The translations under genes were made by a program, and so were the position numbers. The notes beneath the pieces were generated by a model. It did not search any database and was not told the origin of the DNA. It saw nothing but the letters and a program-made list of their open reading frames with translations. A stretch of 20,000 nt of DNA from Asterionella formosa (lineage: Eukaryota): assembly GCA_002256025.1 (NCBI GenBank), contig NKIB01012868.1, positions 48,824 to 68,823 of the forward strand, in the 5' to 3' direction. Positions 8,220 to 20,000 of the stretch are shown here, piece by piece; the first letter of the stretch is position 1, and every line of letters starts with the position of its first letter.

Positions 8220-11200
8220 TCACCACCTGCAAGATACTCGAGTTGAGCGATCCTCCGGTGGCAAGGCCTGGTGCAACTTGTTAAGCTTTTCAAAGATAGG
8301 CTTAACTTGCTGGTATGCAACTATCATTCCTTGTGATTCTTCCTTCGCTTTCGTCAATTCGATGGCATCTCGGGCCAGTTCGAAGCCTTTCCTGACAAAG
8401 ACAGTCCTCTCCGCTGTACCTTCCGAATAGTTTGCCAGTAGCAGACACATTTCCGCAGTGATGGAATCAGCAGTGCGACCATAACTTCCCATTACAAAAT
8501 TCAACTCAGAGCCAAACAAGCCATTCTTCTCAACGACGATCCAATCACCATAGCTTTGAAGCTGCTCTGTTTCGCAGGAAGTAGCGATCATGTCCAGGAG
8601 AGCAATTATCGGCATGTGCAAAGGACGATCGCTGGTTGAACCACGTTCATCGAGTTTCATGAAATTATTCGAAACGTATTTATGAAATGCTTCCTTGGCC
8701 TCAAGTGCCCTGCCATTGTCTTTCATCACCCATATGAGAGGATACAACATTTGGAAGGAATTGCTTACGTTTTGAGTATTCATGTGAGGCAATAGATCCT
8801 GCAGCACATTATCGCAAATCTTCAACGCTTCGCTAGTCTTGCCAAGATAGCAATTCCATAGTGCACATTGAGCAATGCATTGCCCGCTACGATCACAACC
8901 ATACGCATGAGAAATCAGGTCAGAATGCTCCTCGACGTTATATAGTTCCTTCATCTCCTCCACGGTTTGCAACGCAAGATCGAATTTACCGTGTCTCCCT
9001 AGCATCTCTGCCTGCATTGCAAGGGCTCGCGCGAAATGAAAATCGTTGAAAAGCTTAGTTTCTCGCAGGAACATTCTGACTAACCCTTGCTCGTACATAA
9101 TATCTTCATTGTGACCAAATCTCAGAGATACGAAAAGGCCACTGAACACCGGAAAGATTATCGAACGGTCGACAATGTCTGCTGAAGGTGGGGCCTTGTG
9201 AATGAACTATAAGTGTCAACAATAATAACAAGGTTAGATAGTAAGACGCAGCAGCAACTCTCATACATTGTCAATAAACTTACGTTGAGGGCTGTCTGGT
9301 ACGCTTGGATGCTTTCCTTAGGATCAAGAATTTGTGTGTAGCAACGACCAAGAGAAATGTTCAACCTGATTATTTTCTCGACATCGCTTGAAGTCAAGTT
9401 CTCCAAGAGTTGCATGCTCAGACCTGTAAAGGAGTGTAGAGGTCTCGTCAATAAAAAAATAGATCACTTTCATTTCTCACGGGAAAACTTACCTCCAATG
9501 TTGTCATCTGAATCATCACTGTCCATCGATTTCCACATGTCAAACGATTCGTGGTATACGACTAAAGCCTGGCGAGTCAAACCAATATTTTCAAGGCTCC
9601 GCCCCATCTTTAGGGCGAGAGTTGCTGCTTTCTCAGCGCTACCACTTTCTTTCCAGTGACAGAAAAGCTTGGTGAGCAAGCGGTAGTCGTTAGCAAAATC
9701 TGCGTCCATAACGTTTTCCATTGATTGCGCAATCAAAGTGTGCATATCTCGTTTCCATTCGTCAAGCGTCAGTCTCAAAATATTGCTTCTCCAGACATCA
9801 TGAGTGAATTTATATATCAAATTACTCGAGGCATATGGATGATCAGATGATCCATAGGAGGAGCTGAAATCTAACCCCGTTACCTCCAGAATACCTTTCC
9901 GAACTGCTTCGTCAAGGCTTTCGTGCACTGACTTAGCGTGTACTAGCCTCTCCTCTTTCTTTACGCCGCGATACTGCTCGAAAACCGAAATAACGTCCAT
10001 CAGTTCAAATGATGACCCAAGGATGGCCCCGAGATTCAGATGAGTTCGAACAGATGAAGGTAAGGAATCCATTCGATGCAGAACTAATTCACCAATTTTT
10101 CCAACATCAATACTGTTTCTTCCAGTGAAATCCCTGATCCCTCCGGCGCTTCCGGTGCTTCCGTTTTCGTATTTTTCGACCATATTAACCTTGTATAGGT
10201 TTTCAATGATTTCAGAAGCCAGGTGTGGCATGCCTCCAGATTGAACAAAAACGTCACGAGAAATTCTGGGGTCAATTTGAATATCTTTTCTGTCAAAACT
10301 GTTGGCAACCAGAGCTTCAACATCACTAAGTTGCATCGGAGAAAGTTCTATTTCTCGGAATGTAGTGTCTGTTTCCTCTGTTCTATGAAGAGACTGCCAC
10401 CAGTCTGTATTTGCCTTCATTTCTTGATTTTGTGACATGGGACGCTTTGTTCCAATAATCATGAGGTTTTGGGAATGAGCAAGGAGCAGTTGCACTACTT
10501 TCCAGGACATACTATCCATCTGGGCAACATCATCAAGCGCCAAAACAACCAAGTCGCAGGCGATAGTGCATTGCAAGAAAGCTGTAACAAGATAGTGTGC
10601 AATCGAATTCATCGCCGTCGAATAAGTAGAACTAAACACATCGTCTTCAACCAGGGGGTCTGATCTATTGGGTGTGACAATAAGACGAGCAATGATGTCA
10701 ATATATACCGCCGGTATGTCTGCAATTTCGCAAGTTCGAACGAAATCGGCGAGGGACTGATTTGCATCTGAGTTCAGTGATCCGTTCATGATACCGGAGC
10801 TAGGATCATGCGACCCTTTTGCTGAGCCATCTTGATCTGCATCCTTTAAGTCCTGTAAATAGACTAAGATGTCTAAGAAAATTGGTCGTGCAAGACTGAA
10901 TGGAACGAATACGTCGCCTTCGCCGAAGGCGTTTTGTAGAATAAGGTGAGGAACTGCCTTAGAAACACAAATATCCCTTATCTGCTTCGTTGCTTGAAAA
11001 CAAAGCGCCGATTTACCAGCATATGCTTCTCCGGAAACTAAAACGAATCGAGACGGCCCACCGCAATCAATAACACTTAAGGCGATGGCAACTATTTCCT
11101 CGAGTTCTTTCTCGCGTCCAACAAAACGGTTACTGATATCAATCCACTTCCTGTCAGCCGCTTGCATGGGTCTAAAAATCGGTACCAAATCGGCATATCC

Positions 11201-14200
11201 TTTTGCCTTAACTGGTGGAAGAGCGCAAAATTGTCTGCTTCCAGCTTTGTCTTTGACCGAGTCATCCACAAGAAATCCTTGATTGATAGGGTTGGCCATT
11301 AGCCTTGCAGCAAGATTGACTGACGGTCCCAGCACGGCATATTCGTGTCTAGCAACACCACCAACAACTCCGCAATATGCCATTCCATATGTTGCTCCCA
11401 TTTGGCAATCTGTGCCCAGCTCGACTTTCAGTAGCGTTTGAAAAGTTGTCGTGAATGGAATTGCTCGTTCTGCTACCATATTGGGAAAAGTAGACCCTCG
11501 AAGGCCGAAATTTGCAATCAAGACAACGCCTTTGTCGTCTACAATGAATTGGCGCATCTGACCTTTGAATCTAGCAAGCTCCCTAGTCATTAGGAGCATG
11601 ATATCATTCAGTAAAATAAAGACTTTGGCGTCCTCAGTGTTGTCACCAGCAAGCCGAGCAGTGATCAACGGCATAATAAAGACAGTGAACACGCCGCGAA
11701 GTTCTGCTTCTGAACGATGTCGTTCCTGTGCTCGATTGTGGTCGCCGGGATAAACCTTCATTGCGAATTCATCATTAACGACTACTGGGTGAACATAAAG
11801 TGAAATCCGTTGTTTCAAACGCTTGAGAGCTTCCAGATCCCAATCGTCGCATCGTTTTGCCAGTCGCTCCCTGGGCTTGGTGGTTACATCTTTGAATTTC
11901 AACGTCCAATCTTTCTGAATATGAACTGTATCCTTTGGATGAAAAAAACAAGCTGATTTTGTCGCAATCACTTGTGGCTTGTCCATATCTGAGCTGAGAA
12001 TGCATTGTTCCAGTATCGCAGATTCTTCCAAAATAATTAAGGCCTCAGGTGATGCAACCACTTCGCCTCGGGAAGCAATTTCGATGGCCTCTGCCACTTG
12101 TTCAATAGGATCTCCAAGGATAAGGTATTCCATTCTAGTTTCCTTATCGCCGACATGGACACCGACGACTTCTCCGAATCCGACACCGCAGTGTACATTC
12201 AACGTCGTGACCAATTTTCCATTTGATCCACCGGACTCATAAACTGGGAAGTCAGAACACTCGACTACTATTCTTGCGCCACAGGTTGCTGCAGTTAATA
12301 CACATTCTTCTACACCAAGCCCGTGCCATGGTTCCTTGGAACTTTGAGAATTTCCTGCTATACTGTTGTCTCCGACTTCCAAAGTGGCTAATGATGTAGC
12401 TTGCCACTCAGCAAAAAGGGCATCACCCGCAAACTTTAAAATATCGCCCCCAAAAGATTCCACCGTGTCTACAATCTTTTGGAAGTACGAATTAATCGTC
12501 TTTTGTGTTGAAACAAAGATTGTTCAGTCGTGAAGATCTTGAGCAACAAATAAAAAGAAAAAACTTACCTTTGATAAAGGCTCAACTCCCAGCGTGGTTG
12601 ATAACTTTGTAAAACCAGAAATGTCAACAAAAAGCAATGCACAGTCGTGTCTAGTTGCTGGTGGAATAGTGTACGTGGAATAATTTTCGTTTTCTGACAA
12701 AGACTTTCCGTCGCTGCAACAATATTGACCGCTTGCAATCATTGCTGTATCCAAACGAGGATCGCTGGGAAGATTTCTGATTGAATCTTTGGTCTTCGTC
12801 ATACGACGCTCTCGCAGACGAGTTCTTGTTTCTCCCGCGTCATCTGAGTCGAAGGGGAATGGGTCGAGAAATTGCATAATTTCCTTTCCTATGGGAGTAT
12901 TCGTGTTTCCTATCATATCAACTCCAATATAATTCTTTTCAAAAATTATTGACTCATTGGAAACTGATTTCATCAACTCCCCGGATCTTCCATGTTGTTG
13001 TACAAGTGAAAATTGGTCGGTTACGTCGTCAACATTGTGACCCTCCGATGCGACAGAGTGAACGTTTCCGCTTGATTCAGCATCGCTATTCTGGCTAGTT
13101 GACAAATCTCTTTGAGAATACCAAAGTGATGCTCTCCTCTTTGTTTCAGCAGAATCGGTAATTGTTCCAGGAAATCTCCGTATCAGGGGCATGGATGCTC
13201 GCCTCTCTGTTCTGTTCGTCTGTACCTGGACTGAGTCAGTGTTTGCAAAATAACTGGGAAGTTCTTCAGGTATCCGAGATGTATCCATCATCGATCCACC
13301 TAAAGTAGAATGCCTCCGTCTATATCGGAGGTGATGTTCGTGTTCTTGACTGTCCTGAGAATGCAAAGGACCAGGTATTAACGTGTCATCCTGAGAATCT
13401 GCCTCGTCTGGATCCGAAGAGTAATTTCCTTCAACATCTGCGGATATATTATTGTCTCTTAAAGGTGCCATTCCGGTTACCAATGCATTCAATTTCGGAA
13501 CTAACTTTTTATGATTCGCCTTGGCGTCATCTTCTTCCGAAGATGATGATGAATGCGTGATGTTCTGATTCATTGCCTTTCTTCGAACCACTTCTTCCAC
13601 TTCAATTTCGTCAATGAGGAATTGCAAGACAGTTTCGGGTAAATGCTGGCCGAGCCACTTGATAGAATCGATACATGAAGCCCGTTCTGCCAGTGCGTGA
13701 CCTAACGCTACTCCGTGCACTCCCATTGTGGCGGAAATCAAATTTGCTAGGTCGTCGTCGTTCGATGATTCTGAATCATCGTCGCTCTGTGACTCTTCTC
13801 CTGGCCCTGTATCGCCCTTACGCAGGAGTAATGAGGTGGGGAATTCAAATGAGGAGAGAGAAGATGTCAACACAGACGACGATCCTGAACTTGAATTCAG
13901 TGACGAAGTGTCATCAGATGAGTCGTCGCTCGATGACCCTGATGAATAATTTGATGATCTTGACGAACTCGATGAAGCCGATGAATGTGATGAGCCCGAT
14001 GAACGCGAAGAAATGGATAAACCCGATACATCTGTGGACCGTGACTCCCGTCCACTGGATGAATTGCTGCAGGAGGATAAATTTTCGTTTGGATCTCCTA
14101 TCGGTAAATTATTTTCCCTGGTAATTGACGATAGCATCTCTTCGATAACGTGAGTGTCGCTATCATCTTGAGTTGAATGAGTGCGCCCCTGGTCGTTTTG

Positions 14201-14443
14201 TGCATTTCCTGGTGTCTCAAAAGCGCCCTTCGGCGGTATGACTGGCTCGTCCTGTTGACTTTCTAGCGGTTGATGACTTCTTGATACATTCTGAATATTG
14301 GTAGATAAATTACAATCTTCCATATTATTTGCTTGTTGTTGCTGAGATTCTATTCCCAACGAGCAACCACTGCGTTGCGACAAATGGCTTGCCTTGGATG
14401 ATCCCGTACACGAGCAGTCTGCCTCTGAAGCTGGGGCCTCCAT
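8220..14443 (-). CDS. Soluble adenylyl cyclase (ADCY10/sAC)-like protein: low-complexity N-terminus, two class III cyclase domains, STAND/AAA NTPase, helical/TPR-like C-terminus; exons 14443-12569, 12499-9493, 9423-9284, 9206-8220 (~2002 aa)
   Basis: C1: LLFVDISGFTKL, LKFAGDALF, LNVHCGVGFG. C2: FIVDDKG, YCGVVG...RHEYAVLGPSVNLAARLM. NTPase: FVGREKEL, Walker A GEAYAGKS, Walker B LALDD. YKFTHD. Three GTAAGT...AG introns (69, 69, 77 nt) join the ORFs in frame. Confidence 0.92.
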
Positions 14444-14651
14444 TTCGCATAAATGGGCGGCAGCGGCGCACCTAGATCGTAGCAGGTACTGGAAAATTCC
14501 TCAATGCGGTGAAGTTCTTGCGAACGGAAGTGAGCGACAATCAATGTCCATCACAACAACGTTGCTATTAATACGAAACAAGCTCAAGCAAATGCATTGA
14601 CAAATAGTAAGACACCAAAACCAAATGCACATTTTTTGACTACATATGTAT

Positions 14652-14712
14652 GGTACTGTACCGGCACCAGGTACCCGTACCCTGATATCAGTACCTGGTA
14701 CCTGGTATGTAC
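14652..14712. repeat. GTAC-rich imperfect palindrome upstream of the cyclase gene
   Basis: ACCAGGTACCCGTACC-CTGATATCAG-TACCTGGTACCTGGT, centred on CTGATATCAG at 14682-14691. Confidence 0.8.
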
Positions 14713-16266
14713 AACTACTATATTGTGGGGATGACGGTACATATGTGTGTAATTACATGTAAACATTCGTCCGCATTCTTCTATTTTTATTACTTGCCTG
14801 GTGCTCTACCTGGTATGGTAGTGTTAGTCCGTACGACACATGAGTTCAGACTTGAAACCGTCCATTCCGGACCTCCCGCCAGCTGTTGACCCTGCTGTCG
14901 ACAACGCACGAATGCATACTTCTGTTATTCCTGTGTGTGTTCCATCGATGAATGACATTTCATATATACCGTGGCTAATCTGTATGGTTAGTACCTGGTA
15001 CGTTGTAAATCAGAAGTAGAAGACAACGACACAAAAACTAGAAAAGATATACCGTTTTTCATCCGGACTCATTGAACATACCGGTAATTGAAATACAAGA
15101 GTGTGTACCGGTACCGGTAGTCGTGTTCGTTTTTCACTATAAGGAGGAGGGGCAGTAAGGTGTCACTCAAGGGGCAGTGGCATACGTGGTACATATAGAG
15201 GAAGTTCACTGGTTCATGAACAAACATACAAATTGAGCAATAACAATTATATCGTATATACACGCAATGTCTAGACAGGTGCAGGTGTTTAATTCCCTTT
15301 GGGCCTTTTGTCATTAACGCTGCACAAGAAAAACAACTATGTACTTGCGTACATTTTGTATCTGTGTATCGATGTGTGCATGTTTGTAAATTTTCATGCT
15401 CGTTGATACGAACATTTATGATGAAGGAAACGAATCATGGATGATGGGGGCAATTGTCATGACAAATTCCCTGAGAATGTTCCTGATCCTATATTCTGAT
15501 CGAGTTCGAGTTTGCTAGAAGAAGGACCTACGGAAACGGCATAAGCGAATTGGGACATATGACTCGCGTTTTGGGGCTGTCCAGGACTCAATTTGGCGTA
15601 CGTAGTGCAGGTTACAATGCCTGTAAACAATATGGCATGTACCCCCGGCATGGTACCGATAGCACATTTTCGTGACGAAACCGACAAATGACCGCAGCTT
15701 GCAGGTATTGGTAGTATGTACTGACATATGATGATAAATTTTACCAACGCTTCGACACACACGCAGGTCATAACAAACGTTCTCTGATTATATGCTATCA
15801 AGACAACAGTGTAAAACAAAACGGAATCCTGAATCCGTTTGTTTGATGTCTCACATGATATTGGAATTGAGCATCACACACCAACCTATGTACCGATACA
15901 ATTCATGATGTATAGCTGGACGCAAATTCCAGAAACCCCAGGTAGTCCTGGTATAACAATTAACCGTACCCCTAAATATTATAAATTTCGCGACTAAAAT
16001 ATTGCTGAAAAATGCCAATCACTATGATGGCATTGCATTCATTGTGCTCAGCTCCTTCGAGGCCCGGTTATAGCATTGCAATAGTCCTGATGAGTAGAAA
16101 CTTCACCTTGAAGGGGCTGCTGCACATTAAAGCAATAGCTTTGACATACTTCGCATTGTTTGTCAGTGCTGCTGATACCTGTATATATGACTCCACATAT
16201 TGCTGATACAATCAATCAACTATCATATAATATATAACTTATTTCACATCTTTTGCTTCAATTAAT

Positions 16267-16720
16267 CATGTTATTGTTTTAGTCCTCATATTGGCTGTTG
16301 TGCAGCTAGTGTGAAAGTGTCAAATCTGGTTGAACTTTCATGAAATTAAAAATTGTACATTTCTAAATGACATGAAAAATGTGTCATTGGCAGCTTCAAC
16401 TTTTGTTTTCAATGTCAGAGTTATTCGATGTTGTGCTTGATACATTTACCAAATAGGAAAGTGTCGTTCTCAATTTTCGTGGAGATATTTGCTATTTTCA
16501 TCATGGTGGTAAAGTCTGTGATGACATGATGAAGGATTCTCAAGCCACTCACAACCAATTTTGGTAACCTCTAGCATGTTATTCTTGTTTTAGTTGTCAT
16601 TTTGTTTGTTTTTCAGCTAGTGTGAAAGTGTCAAATCTTGCTGGTTGTAACATTGCCATGTCAAAAATTGTGCATTTCTAAATAACGTGAAAAATTGTGT
16701 CATGGGCAACTTCAATTATT
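16267..16720. repeat. Diverged ~140-bp direct repeat, 2 copies (~16267-16405, ~16576-16720)
   Basis: Shared CATGTTATT..GTTTTAGT, an identical CAGCTAGTGTGAAAGTGTCAAATCT, then AAAAATTGT(A/G)CATTTCTAAAT..TGAAAAAT..GTGTCAT..GGCA.CTTCAA. Confidence 0.9.
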
Positions 16721-16821
16721 GTTGTCATTATTATAGGGCTATTACAATCATTCTTTAATGATTGTTGCTTCAGTTTCCTTGGTTGACTGCCACTGACAAA
16801 AACTGGGACCAGTACCAGTCA

Positions 16822-19244
16822 CTAGAGGTCATCATCATCAACTTCTTCATCCTCCTCATCTTCATAGAAAAAGTAATTTCCACTTTTCTTCTGTTCTGTA
16901 TCCTTCTGGGAGCCTCGCTTGTTGATTCTGCAGTTGGTGAGATAATTCCATTTGTTAGAGGCAGTGATGCAGCATTCTACAAGTTGAAAAAAGACAAGCA
17001 GTCCAAACTTGGTTGGAAATTAAAACATAAGACTTATTGCTCACAGTGCCAACACCAGTACGGCGCACATTGCTATGAATGAAAAGGCGTAGAGAAGATT
17101 TTTTCGTCATCCCAAGTGATAGGAACGAACAAAAACAGTTTACGTACCGAGGACGAAAGTTCACTGGGTCCCTTCTGAAAGTAACCTCAAGACTCTTCAA
17201 GAACTGGTTCATACCACTCAGCAACGACTGTGGAGCAGTGGCTGTTGCTTCGATACCGGGCTCTCCAGTGTAGACCACAACACGATCAGCAAGGTAGGTT
17301 GCCATGATAAAATCGTGCTCAACAACAAATGCAGTCTTCTTACTGTGCATGATGAAACGCTTGATGACCTTTGCACAGTTGATACGTTGCTCGGAATCGA
17401 GATAAGCGCTGGGTTCGTCTATTAGATAGACATCTGCAGGGGTGCCAAGAGCTAGGACGATAGCCAATCGCTGAAGTTCTCCACCAGAGAGGTTTTGAAC
17501 TCCGTTGTCGATGATGTTATCAATCATGAGAGGCTTCATAACATCAGAAATGAACTGGGGATGGATGCAAGAGTCTCGTATACGTTTGTGAAGCAATTCC
17601 ATGACAGTTCCTTCGAACTTCGGAGAAATCTTTTGAGGTTTGTAGCTGACATTTAGGTCAGGGGCACCGGCTTGCGATGCTTCGTACATCAATCCCTCTG
17701 CTTCAAGCTTGACTTGTTCATCACTCTTCAACAAACCAGCAAGCATTCGCACAAACGTGGTCTTGCCAGTGCCGTTCTCACCCAAAAGCACAATAATTTC
17801 GGAGTCGGTGAAGGATCCCTCGTTGACATGCAGAATGAACTTAGAATCTTTATTTGTCTGTGTTTTTGTCATCGCAGGATAGGTGTATTGGTTCATAATA
17901 TTGTTCTTTGACCCTTCCTGTTCAGCTTCCGCGCGCTCGGAGACCTGCATGTGTTTGGAGTTAGCGAAAATCGCAAAGATTATAGTAATTTCCACCCCGC
18001 AAGAATCGTCATACCTTGAACGAGAGTGCGTCTTCGCGAAAACGTAAATTCTCTGTCGGAATGAATCCAGCCAAGAAGGCATTGATACCAATGCGGACAC
18101 TGAAAGGCATTGTCACTACACCATAAGCTCCAGGTGATCCGTAAAGAACGCAAACAAAGTCACTGAGGTAATCCAAAACAGCCAAATCATGCTCGACAAC
18201 CAAAATATAACGTCGGCCACCGTAATCGCCTTCCAACACTTGTCGAATCATGTGAGCAGCAGTCAAACGCTGTTTGACATCTAAATAGGAGGAAGGTTCA
18301 TCGAACATGTACACATCGCTACACTGCACAGCCACAATAGCGATGGCGAATCGCTGCAACTCTCCACCGGACAAGACCCTAACATCACGATCCATGACGT
18401 GTTTCAGTTCAGCCATATCTGTCGCCCAATCCAAACAGTCCCAGCCTTCGGCTTCCGAACGCTACGAACACCAGTTGAGAACGGTATCTTTTCCGTCACG
18501 ATATAATAATTCCCTTCACCAGCACTTACCTCATCCTTCTGTTTGAGTATATCTGCAACCTTCCCCTTGACAGCCCGAGGAATGTGGTCGACGTATTGAG
18601 GCTTGATGGTGGCCTTCATTGTATCTTCCAGGATTTTCGTAAAGTAGTTCTGAAGTTCCGATCCTCGGAAGTGGACTAAAATCTCTTCCCAGTCCGGAGG
18701 ATTATCAAAACGTCCTAAGTTGGGTTTCATCTTCCCCGCAAGCACTTTGAGAGCGGTCGACTTCCCAATTCCGTTTGTTCCTACCAAACCCAAAACTTGG
18801 CCAGGACGAGGCATGGGCAATCGATGCAACTTGAACGAGTTTGGTCCAAAGCGATGGGTTGTGTTCCTCTCGAGGTCCTTCGGTAGGTTGATGATAGCAA
18901 TGGCTTCAAACGGGCATTTTTTAACGCAAATGCCGCAACCTATTGGAAGGGGGCAGACAAAGAAGAGGTGTGTCGTGTCAGTTTCTGAAGCCTCGACCAC
19001 ACTCATCTGTGAGAGTCTTTCCGTTCTATTCCATGCACTTACCGATGCACAGAGGCTCCGAGATGAAGGCAATCTTGCTCTTCGCGTCGGCTTCAATACA
19101 AAGCTTGCCTAGCTTCACGACAGGGCATGATTTTTTGCACTCCTGACGGCACTTCTTGGGTCTGCACCGTTCAGAACTCACAATCGCGATACGACTCAAC
19201 GCATCGGGTTCGTCGCTGGCCTTCTTCTTATTCTTAGGAGGCAT
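16822..19244 (-). CDS. ABCE1: ABCE1/RLI1 ribosome-recycling Fe-S ABC ATPase; exons 19244-19043, 18939-18530, 18461-18015, 17944-17148, 16927-16822 (653 aa)
   Basis: Fe-S motifs [15 protein letters not shown] and [13 protein letters not shown]. Walker [10 protein letters not shown] and GENGTGKTT. Two LSGGELQR signatures. [14 protein letters not shown]...[12 protein letters not shown]. Four GT-AG introns (103, 68, 70, 220 nt) join in frame. Confidence 0.98.
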
Positions 19245-20000
19245 ACTTGGACAGGAAGTGAGAGTATTGAGAGCAGTACTCTGTGTGTCCGCTCCTCGCT
19301 TTCTGTCAGTGTGATTCGATTGCTTCACTAGCGGCGGTACCAGTAGCGGGAAAAAGTGGTAAAATTCCTGATGGCAGCAGGGCGCGCGAGGGACAAAATT
19401 CGTCCAGCAAGAACGCACAACAAAGCAAAAGCAGGCAAGCGTTTTTAATAGTTAGACTCTAACACAGCACGGTAAAAAAGTATAAAATGTGTGGCTGATT
19501 GACTCAGGTCAGTACGTCTGTACTGCACTCCCCGAATGGAATCAAACTTCACTGTGAAGAAGTTGTAGGCACTCGGGATTTAGGAACAATGGATATTCAA
19601 ACTGGTCGTGTTTGAAGGCCATGGATCCAATTGTATCATCATCTGTGTGCACATTTTTATGTATGTATCCAATCATTTGTCCCATACTGGTGCTTTATGG
19701 GGAAATTTCCTTGCATCAAGTAGCTCACTCATACTTGGTGAATTACCAAGAAAATCCAAATCATCTTGACAATGTTTCTCATCAAAGAAGACATGCATTG
19801 CTCTGTATTATGTGCCATGCTTATTATTATATAATATGGAGCAGTTTGCAGCATTTCTTTTCTTCTCATCTTGGGCAATAGGTTGCTGTCCATTTTTATC
19901 AATCTGGGGATATTTCTCAGAGTCATTGTCTATTAAAATGTTGGCAGTCACTGGATATGCAAAAGCAGACAATTGAGAAGGCGATAATTTTGGAATCAGT

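Noticed and set aside
8179..8223. Possible 45-nt intron at the cyclase stop codon
   Set aside because: Shorter than all other introns here, and splicing would give the same C-terminus (CRW*).
15814..15844. Hairpin AAACAAAACGGA...TCCGTTTGTTT resembling a terminator or Helitron end
   Set aside because: Eukaryotic context, no adjacent gene end and no CTRR terminus.

Overview
Eukaryotic genomic DNA with short GT-AG introns, most consistent with a diatom (stramenopile). It holds five intact protein genes: EF-1alpha (+, 2 exons), a divergent SpoU/TrmH-family RNA methyltransferase (-), ribosomal protein uL14/RPL23 (+), a ~2000-aa soluble-adenylyl-cyclase-like protein with STAND NTPase and helical C-terminus (-, 4 exons) and ABCE1/RLI1 (-, 5 exons). 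Between the genes lie AT-rich decayed regions, in places strongly CpG-depleted (about 3200-6600, 15150-16750, 19550-20000). One contains a pseudogenised DD39D-type Tc1/mariner transposase. The most interesting signals are: (1) a ~190-nt multi-stem fold inside the unusually long EF-1alpha intron; (2) outlier 220-nt introns in the other two translation genes; (3) a dispersed palindromic TACC(W)GGTA motif family clustered in intergenic DNA near the gene/TE-debris borders. All structures were folded by eye and no database searches were run.
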